Below are positions 50,448 through 62,140 of a DNA stretch of 64,000 bases, one piece after another. Positions within the stretch are counted from its first letter, which is position 1. Each line of letters starts with the position of its first letter. Both the position numbers and the translations under genes were made by a program. Origin of the DNA: Heptranchias perlo. Taxonomy: Eukaryota. The DNA lies in contig NC_090325.1 of NCBI RefSeq assembly GCF_035084215.1, forward strand, positions 112,778,001 through 112,842,000, read 5' to 3'. Under the pieces are notes generated by a model. It saw nothing but the letters and a program-made list of their open reading frames with translations, was not told where the DNA came from and made no database searches.

Positions 50448-53400
50448 CATAGAATCATAGAAAGGTTACAGTACGGAAGGAGGCTATTCGGCCCATCGAG
50501 TCCATGCGGGCTCTATGCAAGAGCAATCCAACAAGTCCCACACCCCCGCCCTATCCCCGTAGCCCTGCAAATTTTTTCCTTTCAAGTACTTATCTAGTTC
50601 TCTTTTGAAGGCCATGATTGAATCTGCCTCCATCACCCCCTCGAGCAGTGCATTCCAGATCCTAACCATTCGCTGTGTAGAAAAGCTTTTCCTCATGTCA
50701 CCGTTGGTTCTTTTGCCAATCACCTTAAATCTGTGTCCTCTGGTTCTTGACCCTTCCGCCAATGGGAACAGTTTCTCTCTATCCACTCTGTCTAGACCCT
50801 TCATGATTTTGAATACCTCTATCAAATCTCCTCACAACCTTCTCTGTTCCAAGGAGAACAACCCCAGCTTCTCCAGTCTAACTAAAGTCCCTCATCCTTG
50901 GAATCATTCTAGTAAATCTCTTCTGCACCCTCTCTAAGGCCTTCATATCTTTCCAAAAGTGTGGTGCCCAGAACTGGACACAATACTCCAGTTGTGGCCG
51001 AACCAGAGTTCTATAAAGGTTCATCATGACTTCCATACTTTTGTACTCTATGCCTCTATTTATAAAGCCCAGGAACACATATGCTTTTTTAACCGCTTTC
51101 TCAACCTGCCCTGCCACCTTCAATGATTTGTGCACATATATCCCCAGATCTCTGTTCCTGTACCCTTTTTAGGGTTGTGCCCTCTAGTTTATATTGCCTC
51201 TCCTCGTTCTTCCTACCAAAATGTATCACTTCGCATTTTTCTGCATTAAATTTCATCTGCCACCAGCCTGTCGATATCCTCTTGAAGTCTATCACTATCC
51301 TCCTCACTGTTCACTACCCTTCCAAGTTTTGTGTCATCTGCAAATTTTGAAATTGTGCCCTGTACACCCAAGTCCAAGTCATTAATATATATCAAAAAAA
51401 GCAGTGGTTCCAGCACCGACCCCTGGGGAACACCATTCCCTCCAGACTGAAAAACAACCGTTCACCACTACTTTCTGTTTCAAAAACCCAACGGCCAAAC
51501 TGTCACCTTTCAAAAAAATATCCAGGAGAGATTTTTCTCATTTAAAAAAGAAACATAAAGCATGAAAATAAATCTGTTTATCCCTCCAGAGCCACCAACC
51601 AACCCTCTATTTCTCTCTTTTCCTTTCTTCTTCACAGCCTCAGCTTTCAACTGTCTGACTTCTTCACTGCTATCCAGCTCATAAAGCCAATTCTTTATGG
51701 CTAATACTTAGCCAATTCTGTATCCATGTTGCTGCTGCCCTCTTTATTCCATGGGCCGCAATCTTGATGATAAGCCAACCGTGTGGCATGATATCAAACG
51801 CATTTTGAAAGTCCATATACACCACATACACTGCAATGCCTTCATCTACCCTCTCTGTTACCTCATCAAAAAGCTCTGTCAGGATAGATAAACATGATTT
51901 GCCTTTAACAAATCCGTGCTGGCTTTCCCTAAATAATCTACCCTCGTCCAAGTGATTGTTAATTCTGTCCCGGATTATAGTTTCTAAAAGTTTGCTCACC
52001 ACTAAGGTTAAACTGACTGGCCTATAGTTGCTGGGTTTATCCTTACACCCTTTTTTGAACAAGGGTGTAACATTTGCAATTCTCCAGTCCCCTGGCACCA
52101 CCCCCGTATTTACGGATGTTTGGAAGATTATGGCCAGTACCTCCGCAATTTCCACCCTTACTTTCCTCAGCAACCTAGGATGCATCCCATCCGGACCGGG
52201 TGATTTATCAATTTTAAGTACAGCTAGCCTTTCTAGTACCTCTTTATCAATTTTTAGCCCATCCAGTATCTCAACCATATCTTCCTTTACTGAGTCTCTG
52301 GCAGCATCTTCTTCCTTGGTAAAGATAGGTGCAAAGTACTCGTTTAGTACCTCAGCCATCCCCTCTGCCTCCATGAGTAGATCTCCTTTATGGTCCCTCA
52401 TCGGCCCACCCATCCTCTTACCACCTGTTTACCGTTTACATGCCTGTAGAAGACTTTTGGATTCCCTTTTATGTTGGCCGCCAGTCTATTCTTCTCTTTG
52501 CCCCTCTTATTTCCTTTTCCACTTCCCCTCTGAACTTTCAATATTCTGCCTTGTTCTCATTTGTGTTATCAACCTGACATCTGTCATACGCCCTTTTTTC
52601 CGCTTCGTCTTACTATCTCTTTTGTCATCCAGGGAGCTCTGGCTTTAGTTGCCCTACCTTTCTGCCATGTGGGAATGTGCCTAGACTGTACCCGAACCAT
52701 CTCCTCTTTAAAGGCCACCCGCTGTTCAATTACAGTTTTGCCTGCCAATCTTTAATTCCAATTTACCCGGGTCAGATCTGTTCTCATCCCATTGAAATCG
52801 GCCCTCCTCTAATTGAGTATTTTAATTAAGAGTGGTCTGTGTCCTTTTCCATTGCTATCCTAAACCTTATGATACTATGATCGCTGCTCCCTAAATGCTC
52901 CCCCACTGACACTTGCTCCACTTGGCACACCTCATTCCCTAGAACCAAGTCCAGTAAAGCCTCCTTCCTCGTTGGGCCGGAAACGTACTGGTCAAGAAAG
53001 TTATCCTGAACACATTTTAAAAATTCCTCTCTGCCCCTTATTATTATTGTTATCCCAGTCTATATTGGAATAGTTATCCAGTTATCACTATTCTATAGCT
53101 TTTGCACCTTTCTGTAATTACCCTGCAAATTTGCTCCTCTATCTCCTTCCCACTAGTTGGTGGCGTATAGAATACACCCAGCAGTGTAATGGCACCTCTT
53201 TTATTTCTTAACTCTAACCTTATAGATTCTGTGCTTGACCCCTCCAGGACATCCTCTCTCTCCAGTACTGCAATATTCTCCTTAATCAATACTGCCACTC
53301 CCCCCCCCCACTTTCTTCCCTTCCCTATCTTTCCTGAACACCTTGTATCCTGGAATATTTAGTACCCAATCCTGCCCTTTTTTGAGCCAGGTCTCTGTTA

Positions 53401-53525
53401 TCGTCACTACATCATATTCCCATGTGGCTATTTGCACCTGCAGCTCATCAACCTTGTTTACCATGCTTTGTGCGTTTACGCACATGCACTGCAAACCAGT
53501 CTTAGACTTTCTTGTACTCCCTCTT
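50448..53525 (-). mobile_element. CR1 LINE covering nearly all of ORF2 (EN plus RT), disrupted
   Basis: EN start CVNAQSMVNKVDEL..DVVTITETWL; RT motifs [31 protein letters not shown]; catagaatcatag 3' end; non-CR1 block at about 51481-51704. Confidence 0.92.
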
Positions 53526-55679
53526 ACATCGATGTAAAGCAGTTTAAGTATTACAGCGTCTGGTGAGTGTGCAGTTTAAAAAGATTTTAACCTACCTTTG
53601 TAATCTAAATGTTTAATGTTAACACAGAATCACTAGGACAGCTTCTGATAGCATTAAAATTTAACTAGCATTTGGATACAAATGTGCATATACAATGTAC
53701 TGCTTCCCCTGATCAGCGAATAACATGCAACCAGCAGTATAACTCAGTTCTGGCAGTCGCATGTCAGTCTCAGCAGATACTAGAACCCGGTACTTGTAAT
53801 ATGACAATAGCCTTAGTTTATGTGAGAACTAAAGATTTCTCATGATAAGTCTGTTCAGTTAATGGTGCTCACTTGTAATTGAGAAGTAACACAACGGGAA
53901 AAATTGAGATTTTCCTGACCCAGTCGCACATTTAGTGTTCCTACTTTTGGTACCAACCCAGGGGGTCTGGCAGAAAACTCCTTTAGTTGGAGTGTTTATT
54001 GGGCTGGGAACAATTGATCCACTCCCCACAGTCCCTGGGGTTTGGCTTTCTGCCATTTGAAATATCATTTGTGTCCCAGGGAAAGAAGATTTGATTACAT
54101 TAAATTGGTGAACACAGTTTTCCAAAATGTAATCGCATATTATCGTTTGTGCTTTTCTCCTATTTGCATTATTAACATTTTTGAGAATAACAGCTCTAAA
54201 AGAGTTGTAAAGAATCCAAAATAATGTAGAACAATGCAATGTGTAACTGCAGTTTGTTTATTTAACTTAGTTGTTGAACTACTATATTTTCCATGGAAAC
54301 ATTTCAGAATAATAATCCTTCCCGTGTTGATTGTTACAATTCTGCGGGCCGTGTATTTTTGAAAAGAATAAACCATAGAAACAACATCAGCTTTCATCCC
54401 TCTCTATTTAAAAAGGTTTTCAAAATTGCATTCCAAGGTTCTGGAAAAGCTGCCACAACAATTCCATTAATGCCTGTACCTTATAAATTATTCAGATTGT
54501 TCAGAATTTAATGGCTATTACAACGATTGACTGAATGGTAGGCTTTCTGTTAACACTGAAAAGTACTCAGGCTCACATCTCCCAGTTTATCTATTCTCAC
54601 AGATTAGTCCATGCAGATTTTATTGGTTCACTTGAACGAATGTATATTTTAATAGTGTATACACCAAATGATTAATGTGCATGTCAGACCTTTGCAACAA
54701 AGACTGACAGCAAGTGCATCAAGGCTATTATTTAAGGTGAAACTAGAAGTAATGTTAATCACAGAAGAAAGAAGTACAACTCGAGTACAAGGAAACTGAT
54801 TTGAAATAGGCTAATACTTCTCAAGGGGATAGTTAACTAGTTTATGCTAATGAGGATCCAAAATATTAATCTGCAGTCAATGACTGATTGAGTAGCTTTA
54901 TGTCTAGATTGGAAAAGGAAACCATTAAGTAGACAAAAAAAGTGAGTCGTCCTGTGCTTTTCAGAACCATTTCATCCGATATTTGAATATATTTGCAATT
55001 TTATTTTTTTTAAGTTCCATTTATGAATGAGCTTCTTTGTTACCTATTCATTGTGATCAGCAAAACAGATAAAAAGAAAAGCGTGAAAACGGGAAATCTG
55101 AAATACTAAACAGGAAATACTGGACATGTTAAGTTAGCATCTCAAGGCGAAAAGCAGGTTAATTTTTTGGATGGGGCATCTCATAATCTGTCCTCTTCCA
55201 GATGCCCATTGACCTGCTGTGCATTTCAGCATTTTGGCTTTTATTGAAACCAATAACATCAAGTGTCCCAAATGCAAATGAATATAAACAAATCCACTTT
55301 AGCAACAGCTCCAAGATGACAGTCTTTATCCTGCTGTATTCCTCAGACTCTGCTCTTGACACCTCATTTTTTTCCCTCTTAAATCTTAAACTAAAAAAAA
55401 AGGTTTTCAGGACATGCTAATCCAAGCCTGTGTCTTATTAGCCAAGGGTGTGTAAAATGAATCGTAAGTATCAGAAGCCTCTTATACCATTTTTTGATCG
55501 TATCAGTATCTACAAACCTAAGCAAGATATGAACCAGAAGCATTCGCTCATCATAATATCCTCCAGGCATTCCAGACAAGAATGCTACTTTGTCTTCGAC
55601 ATGCTTGGTTGTCGTACATACCTCAAACCAATTAAATGGCCACAAGTAAATGTAATTTGATCTGTACAAGCCCATAAAA

Positions 55680-55869
55680 GGGTGAATTTTGCAAGGTGAG
55701 GCTCTGGAGAACCTTGTGGGGAGGTCAGCATGCCGGATTTGGAGCCCTCCCAATTGTGCAGTGAATTATCAACAGAAAATCGGGAATGCCACAAATCAGG
55801 CAATTCTCCAATCCACACTACTATCAGGTGAGGGTCTGCGCCTAGAATGAATCCTCCCAAAATTTATCC
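55680..55869. mobile_element. Small decayed MITE
   Basis: Termini gggtgaattttg / caaaatttatcc. Confidence 0.45.
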
Positions 55870-56020
55870 TATTGTATAAATATTTGTACCCTATACCCAT
55901 TAAATAACTGGAATTAATATAAGCTGCAGGGTATTTTAGAATTTTAATTGTCTCCTCATATGACTGCACAGCAACGGTGCCACTCTATTGCTCAAACTTC
56001 GACTCCATTTGAAAACCTTT

Positions 56021-57674
56021 GGGCCCGATATTAGGAGGGAGGCGGGTTGGCAGCGGGGTAACGCTCCCAGTAAAATCAGTCTGTTCCCCACGCGATCGTA
56101 AGTAAATTGAAGGCACTTACCTTGGCTTCCAGGTTTCGCGCTGGAAAGCTGCGCAGCGGGCGGACTGCACACCCACATCACAGGCTGTCAGCTGGAGGAG
56201 CCCTGTTTAAAGGGGCAGTCCTCCACTGACTGATGCTGCATGGAGCAGCCCAGGGGGAAGGCTGCTCCCAGGTTTAATGATGCCTCACTCCAAGTCTTAC
56301 TGGATGGGATGAGGAGGAGGGAGATCTTCCACCCGGCGGACAGGAGGAAGTGGCCTGCCTCTGCCACCACGAAGGTCTGGCTCGAGGTGGCAGAGGAGGT
56401 CACCAGCACCACCAACATATCACGCACCTGCATACAATGCAGGAGGTGCTTCAATGACCTAACCAGGTCAGCCGAAGTGAGTACTCTTACTCATTCCCCT
56501 ACACTCCGTCTGCCACATCACCGCCCCCACCCCACATCTCCTTCTGCACTGCCAACACTACTCTGTCACATCACTCCTCACACCCATTCAAACCTCATCC
56601 TCATTTTACCTGCACTTACTCACCTCCCCAGTACTCATCCCACCACTACTACTCAACCCAATCCTCATACAATCTCATGGCTCTGTCTCAGCCTCACCCA
56701 ACCCGCCACTACCTGTGCTGCAGCCACAGGGCATGCATCACGTATGTGTAGTAGGAAGCGTAAGGCAAACGTGTCGTGAGCATGAAGGGAATGCACAAGG
56801 GTGTTTGAGGGTTTGTCATGGTTTTTACTTATATTTGATGTCTGATCAACTCACATTACATATTATATTGTCACCACTACTGCCACGTCTTGGCCATTCT
56901 TGACTGGCTTGTGCAATAAGGCACTTTCATGAGGTTCTCCATGAACACCCTTGATGCCACCCATTGGATCACCCTACAGTGGGTGTATGTGTAGTTGCAC
57001 GACTACTTTGTGCAGGTGCCTGTTGCGCAGCACTGTGTTGTGTAGCTCCACGTGGCGGAGGTGAACGGCGTGCCTGGTGAGGCTGGTGATGTTCCTCGTC
57101 CTCCAATGGAGTGATGAATGCAGCTATGGAACGCCCCCCAAACATCCTGACAGTGTGAGTGTGAGGGGGTCCGCAAAGTAGGTAAATGTGTTTGGACAGC
57201 AGAGTTTAGGGTATGATGTAATAATTTTGAGTGTGGAGACAACGGTGTGGCAGGCAAAACTTTGTCTGAGGTGACAGTGCCCTGCTACAATGAATGAAGT
57301 ATTCCCCCCAACTGTCAAGGAATCCTCTGCATCTCCCAATGGCTGCTGACTGAAACACGTCGGCAACAACAGGGAGTGTTTCCCACAGCATGGGAAACTC
57401 GCTGAGGAGAGTCCAAAATCACATCCCTGCTAAAGTCTCTTCCCAATGAGGTCTGTCAACGACCTCAAGTACCTCCCTAATTATTTAAACTGTCATCCCA
57501 CCGACTTTAATTGCCGGTGGGAGTCCCGCATGCGGGAGCTGCGCGCGCACCGATTCGCGTCATTGGGGAACCCGGAAGTGGGCGGGTTGGAGCCGGGCTC
57601 CGGACCCGTTCCGGGATTCCCCAATTTTAGGAACCTCCCCGCACACCCACTCGGCCATCCTAAAATTGACCTCC
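56021..57674 (-). mobile_element. Internally deleted (about 1.65 kb) derivative of Harbinger family B in opposite orientation
   Basis: Both ends align to the reverse complement of 37866-42042; ttt on both flanks; lacks about 40000-41260 and 38526-39687 of element B. Confidence 0.9.
56240..56779 (+). CDS. Open 179-aa frame: Harbinger Myb/SANT exon 1 read through retained intron sequence (expression unknown)
   Basis: MEQPRGKAAPRFNDASLQVLLDGM..VWLEVAEEV..RTCIQCRRCFNDLTRS; donor GTGAGT at 56477 with the downstream acceptor deleted. Confidence 0.35.
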   Translation: MEQPRGKAAPRFNDASLQVLLDGMRRREIFHPADRRKWPASATTKVWLEVAEEVTSTTNISRTCIQCRRCFNDLTRSAEVSTLTHSPTLRLPHHRPHPTSPSALPTLLCHITPHTHSNLILILPALTHLPSTHPTTTTQPNPHTISWLCLSLTQPATTCAAATGHASRMCSRKRKANVS

Positions 57675-59443
57675 TTTATCTCTGTGAAAGAGGCATAGCT
57701 AGATTTTTTAAGGGGGAGGAGGGAAATGGATTGTTCACACTGTTATTTAAGTCCCGACACCCGGATTCAAAGCCAGTCTATAGTAATGGGATGGAATAGT
57801 TCTCTGTTGACTGTATGAGTTCTACATGAAAGTGTTAAGGTGGTCTCAATCTTGCTCCTAATCACACAGCACAGCACAAAACTGTTTAAAATTGCTACTA
57901 ATTTGGAACTGTGTCTCAGAGACTCATTAATATGGAGACTGGAAACATTTGGCTCTGTTATGTTTTCATGCCTCCATGCCAAATGCAGTTTTGACAATGA
58001 CCAAGTATAATGGTGGTCATTCACACAGTGATGAGGCAGTGGAGTCTGTTAAGTATTGGTATTGCTTTGTTCTGGTGGCATTGCACAGAGGTTGAAGGAA
58101 TGGTCAGTTGTGCAAGGCAAATTAGTCATGTGGCTCCTTTAACAGTCATGATGCAGCTTGCATTATCTTTATATGCATGTTTTATATTTTTTAGCTTCAT
58201 TACCATGAAGCAGCAGTAGAAGGGATTCCAAAAATTGCATTAATATTATTTTTCAAAATTTGTAACAAAGTGCAGCTATTCCTGGAAGTCAAAACTACAA
58301 CTCACAGGCCATGGGTGGCCCACAGAGGCCTGGCTAACCGGCCAATGAAACAGTTTGGCTTTGCCACACTTACACATTTAAGTGCCAGTTAGTGTTTTTA
58401 ATTACGCAAAATTAATCTAAGCCAGGTGATGTTTTTCATTATGCAAAATTCATTTTTCATTTAACTCAGTAACTTAATTAGTAACAAATGATTTTATGTG
58501 AACTTAATTAGACAAAATTAGCTTTTAATTTGGCCGTGGTGGTTGGTGGGTCGTTTCGTGTCGTAATTCTAATTGATCATATGTGGCCCACAGGGCTCCA
58601 TGTTTCGCAAGCGGCACACAAAGGCCATATATGTAAAATGGATACACTGCAGCTTAAAGGTTAAGGTTGTCACTGCAGGGCTGACTATCGTAGCCTCACA
58701 TCAATGCTGCACTTAATAGTGTAAAAGCAACCTGAACCTGGTGTCAGGGCCTGCCAGAACAACGCATAGTGAAAATCCCCAGAGAAAAGAGTCGGGTGGA
58801 AAACAGGACCACCTCCTACCCCGTGAATGTACCATAAAAAGCTTATAAATAATCCGTTGTATTTAGCACATTCCATACATTAACTTACATACAACCACAT
58901 TGGTGTACTGGAGTCACACGGTTTTGATGTTTTGGAACTTTATATCACTCTGATTAACAGTAAAGGTTAGAAATTGCTGTTTGCTTTATCAGCTGTGTTT
59001 TATAACAGAGTCAGAACACTTCCATTCGAGTAGCAGACAGAGGAATGGCACGTGAATGCATTCGGTGTTCTAGGTTTATATGCCCATAGATTATCAATGG
59101 AAGATGAGTAGCAGAAATGTATTATGGTGGGAAGATTCCCTCAGAGTGCTATGTGTAATAAAATCTTAGATCCATTCTTTATAAACATGATTCCAATTTT
59201 GGTAACACAGCACACAAAGGAAATCATCTCCTCTGGTTAATTTGAAATAGAAATTCAACGTTCGTAAAGTTGTTTTTACAACCATAAACTTTATGCTTTC
59301 CCAATGTACATTTCCCAAAGTGGATTTTCCACTTTGCCTGTTTTGTTCTTGTGTGCAGGCTTACCTCTAACAAGAGCTGCCCCCTCCTTGCGTGTACTGT
59401 AATCAATGTTGTTGTAGCCATACACCAAATGTGTGATGGAATC

Positions 59444-60000
59444 GGGGCATAAAAATTGGTTATGGCCTGTTTTTGGGTGCATAACCAACGGTGTGCAGAC
59501 AGCGTGCATCCCAACTGGGAGGCCCAAAGCTCACCCGAAATTGGGCCTTGGACCTCATTTCAATAATTTGGGTGAACTGCTTGCACCTATTGTGCCTCCA
59601 GAGGCAGCTCGTCCATCTCCAATGGATGAATTTCAGGCTGCTTGCTTCAGCAGCAGTGGTCCTCTGGTAAGTCCAAGAGGGAGAGTTCCAGGAAGGACAA
59701 CAGAGGGGCCGAATGTGGGCCAGCAGCAGCAGCTCCGGGAGAGCTGTGGAGCCAGAAGGAGTATTCCTGCTCTTCCTGGCTCCACATCAAACTTAGAAAC
59801 AATCTACCTACCCCTTTGGTGGTGGCTGCTTGCTAGGCCACATCTACATCAGAAAAACTTGAGCGGAGGAGTTCTAAAAGAGATTTTAGGCCCCTTATTA
59901 GCATATGCAAGGGACCTAACACCTGTTTTAGGTGGCCTTCCCAGACGCCTGAAAAATTGCCCAACCGAAATAGCAGGACGGTGGTCCCCAAAATTGACCC
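59444..60000. mobile_element. Harbinger-type MITE with a central hairpin
   Basis: Ends ggggcataaaaattgg / ccaaaattgaccc; hairpin at 59745-59786. Confidence 0.55.
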
Positions 60001-60079
60001 GTTCCGTCCGTTTTACCCCAGGATGTGTTTGTGCATGTCTGTGGGTGTGTGTACATGTGTCAATATCAACAAACACATG

Positions 60080-60782
60080 GGGGGTAATTTTAACCCCACA
60101 AGAACGGGTGGGTTGGGGGCGGGTGGGAAGGTAAAAATTGTATAAATGTAAAATCCGACCCCAACCCGCCCGATTCCGGTTTTAATGGAGACGGTGATGA
60201 ACCTGCTCTCAGGAGGCAGGTCGGTCAGTGAAACCTTTTAAGGAGGCTGCGGTCCTCCATTTTGACAGTTTTTTTTATTTTTAACTCCTGAGGGCTGGGA
60301 TTCCTGGGCCTGCTGCTTCACGCCATGGTAAGAGGAGGCGAGAAGGCCCGGCTCAGCAAGTAAGTGCCTTTATTGCACTGCTTGTGAGCCAGGAGGAACA
60401 GGAGTGCTTCCTCCAGGCCCAACAAGCCTACCTGCCATGATCGAACACATACAATCGGCCAACCCCTCCCCCCCCATGATCTCCGACCCCACCTCATGAT
60501 CTCCAATATCGCACCCCCCCCCCCCCCCACCCTCCCAGATGACCACCTTCCCCCCCTTGATGTCTGACTTACCTGCCATCCGCTTCCCGGCTGCTTTCCC
60601 ATCCACACAGGCAGCCAGCCTATCAATCATGCTGCCTGTCAAGCGGGAAACCTGCTGAAAAAATTGAAATGATGTCCTGACAGCAAAATCATCAGGATGC
60701 CCGGGAAACCCATACTTCCAGGTTTCCCGTCCGGAAATCCTCCCCCTCAGTCTTTTCGCGGCTCCAAGTAAATATCGGGGCC
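60080..60782 (+). mobile_element. Complete Harbinger-type MITE (about 700 bp)
   Basis: Left gggggtaattttaac; right aatatcggggcc identical to the last 12 bp of Harbinger B. Confidence 0.82.
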
Positions 60783-62140
60783 AAGGCTACACTGTATGCA
60801 AATACATAGCAAGTTTAAAACATTAGCAACTCAAGATAAAATTCATTTGGCAGCCTACAGGCACTTGCCATGTCCATTGATACCATGTCAGTAGAGTAAG
60901 TGTGTAAATTCACATCATGTAGAGTAGCAAGTTTTTCATCCTCATAAAAAAGTGTTTTGTTTTTTTACAAATAAACCATGCAACATGGTGAATTGCATCA
61001 AAGTGCGGCATTGTGTCACTTACACATGACACTATGATGAAAATTACCCGTGACTCATCGTTAGTTCCTTACTATAAATAAAAACGGGTTAGCAAACACA
61101 TTATTAGTACTCCTTTAAGCAGGGTTTGATAATTGGCATTTGTGAGATTACAGGAGGATCAGAAACATATACAGTCACAGTGTAAAAAGTAAATGTAATA
61201 TTTATTACGACAGTACCATGCCTACATGTACGCATTTCCAGGGTGAAAGGATAATTGGGTAAAATTGATGAGAAAAAAGGAAATAACTGTAACTCACTGG
61301 GAAATATTTTTTGATTCTACAGTATTGTAAGTAACTTCTGTGCAAATGGAAAGGCAGATCATTTATTGTAAACGTAAATCCCAGCATAATTTGAGCTCTT
61401 ATTGTTGAACACAATGCTTTACAAATGCAGGAGCTCTGAAGTAGAGGTCAGTGATTACTTCCTTTACTCAGTGAACTGTTACAGTGGTGCGTCCAAGTTA
61501 ATTTACTGAAGTTAATGTGATACTCCATATAAACACAGCGCCCACAGTTACTGTGCTAACTTTTCTGCTGTGTTCAGACCATCCACCCGGAGTCATTATG
61601 GGTTGGGGAGAATCAGGCCAGGGCCAGCTCAGCTGAAAACTGCTAACTCCCTTCGGGTGAGAGTTGTTTGAACGCAGGCTGAGTGGCAGTAACAGCTCGG
61701 CAGTATCAATAATGATAATGCTGAATGTTAATTGGAATATTTACTGTTAGGTTTGTTGTGCCAGTACCAGGCCATGGCAGTGATGACTGTAAAGTAGTGA
61801 CATCACTGCTATGCTGACATTGTAAGGACTACCAATGAGATTCATTTTAATTTTGTATGTAGAAAAATTATGATTATTATAGTACTATTCTTATTGTTAC
61901 ATTTCTATGCGAACTCTTGGATTCTGTAACAATAATCTACACAGCCCTCAAAGTGTCTACAAATCCACAGAATATTCACTCTTCAAAGATGTGCCATCAT
62001 CCTCTGAAGAACCAGTACTTGTTCTGGGATTGAGTCGCTGCAAGATAATGAGGTTTACTGTTAGTTAATATCCAGGAGCAGAAAATTAATTGTTTCCACA
62101 TGTCAGCAGTGGACTGCCCCCATATCAATGACATCACATT

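Noticed and set aside
55070-55245. Additional decayed PLE pseudo-LTR pieces (also about 26000-26090 and 28480-28550) as further hammerheads
   Set aside because: The CUGANGA/GAAA boxes and stems are not intact
59433-60134. 233-aa ORF
   Set aside because: Spans two MITEs and a TG-rich tract with no domain features
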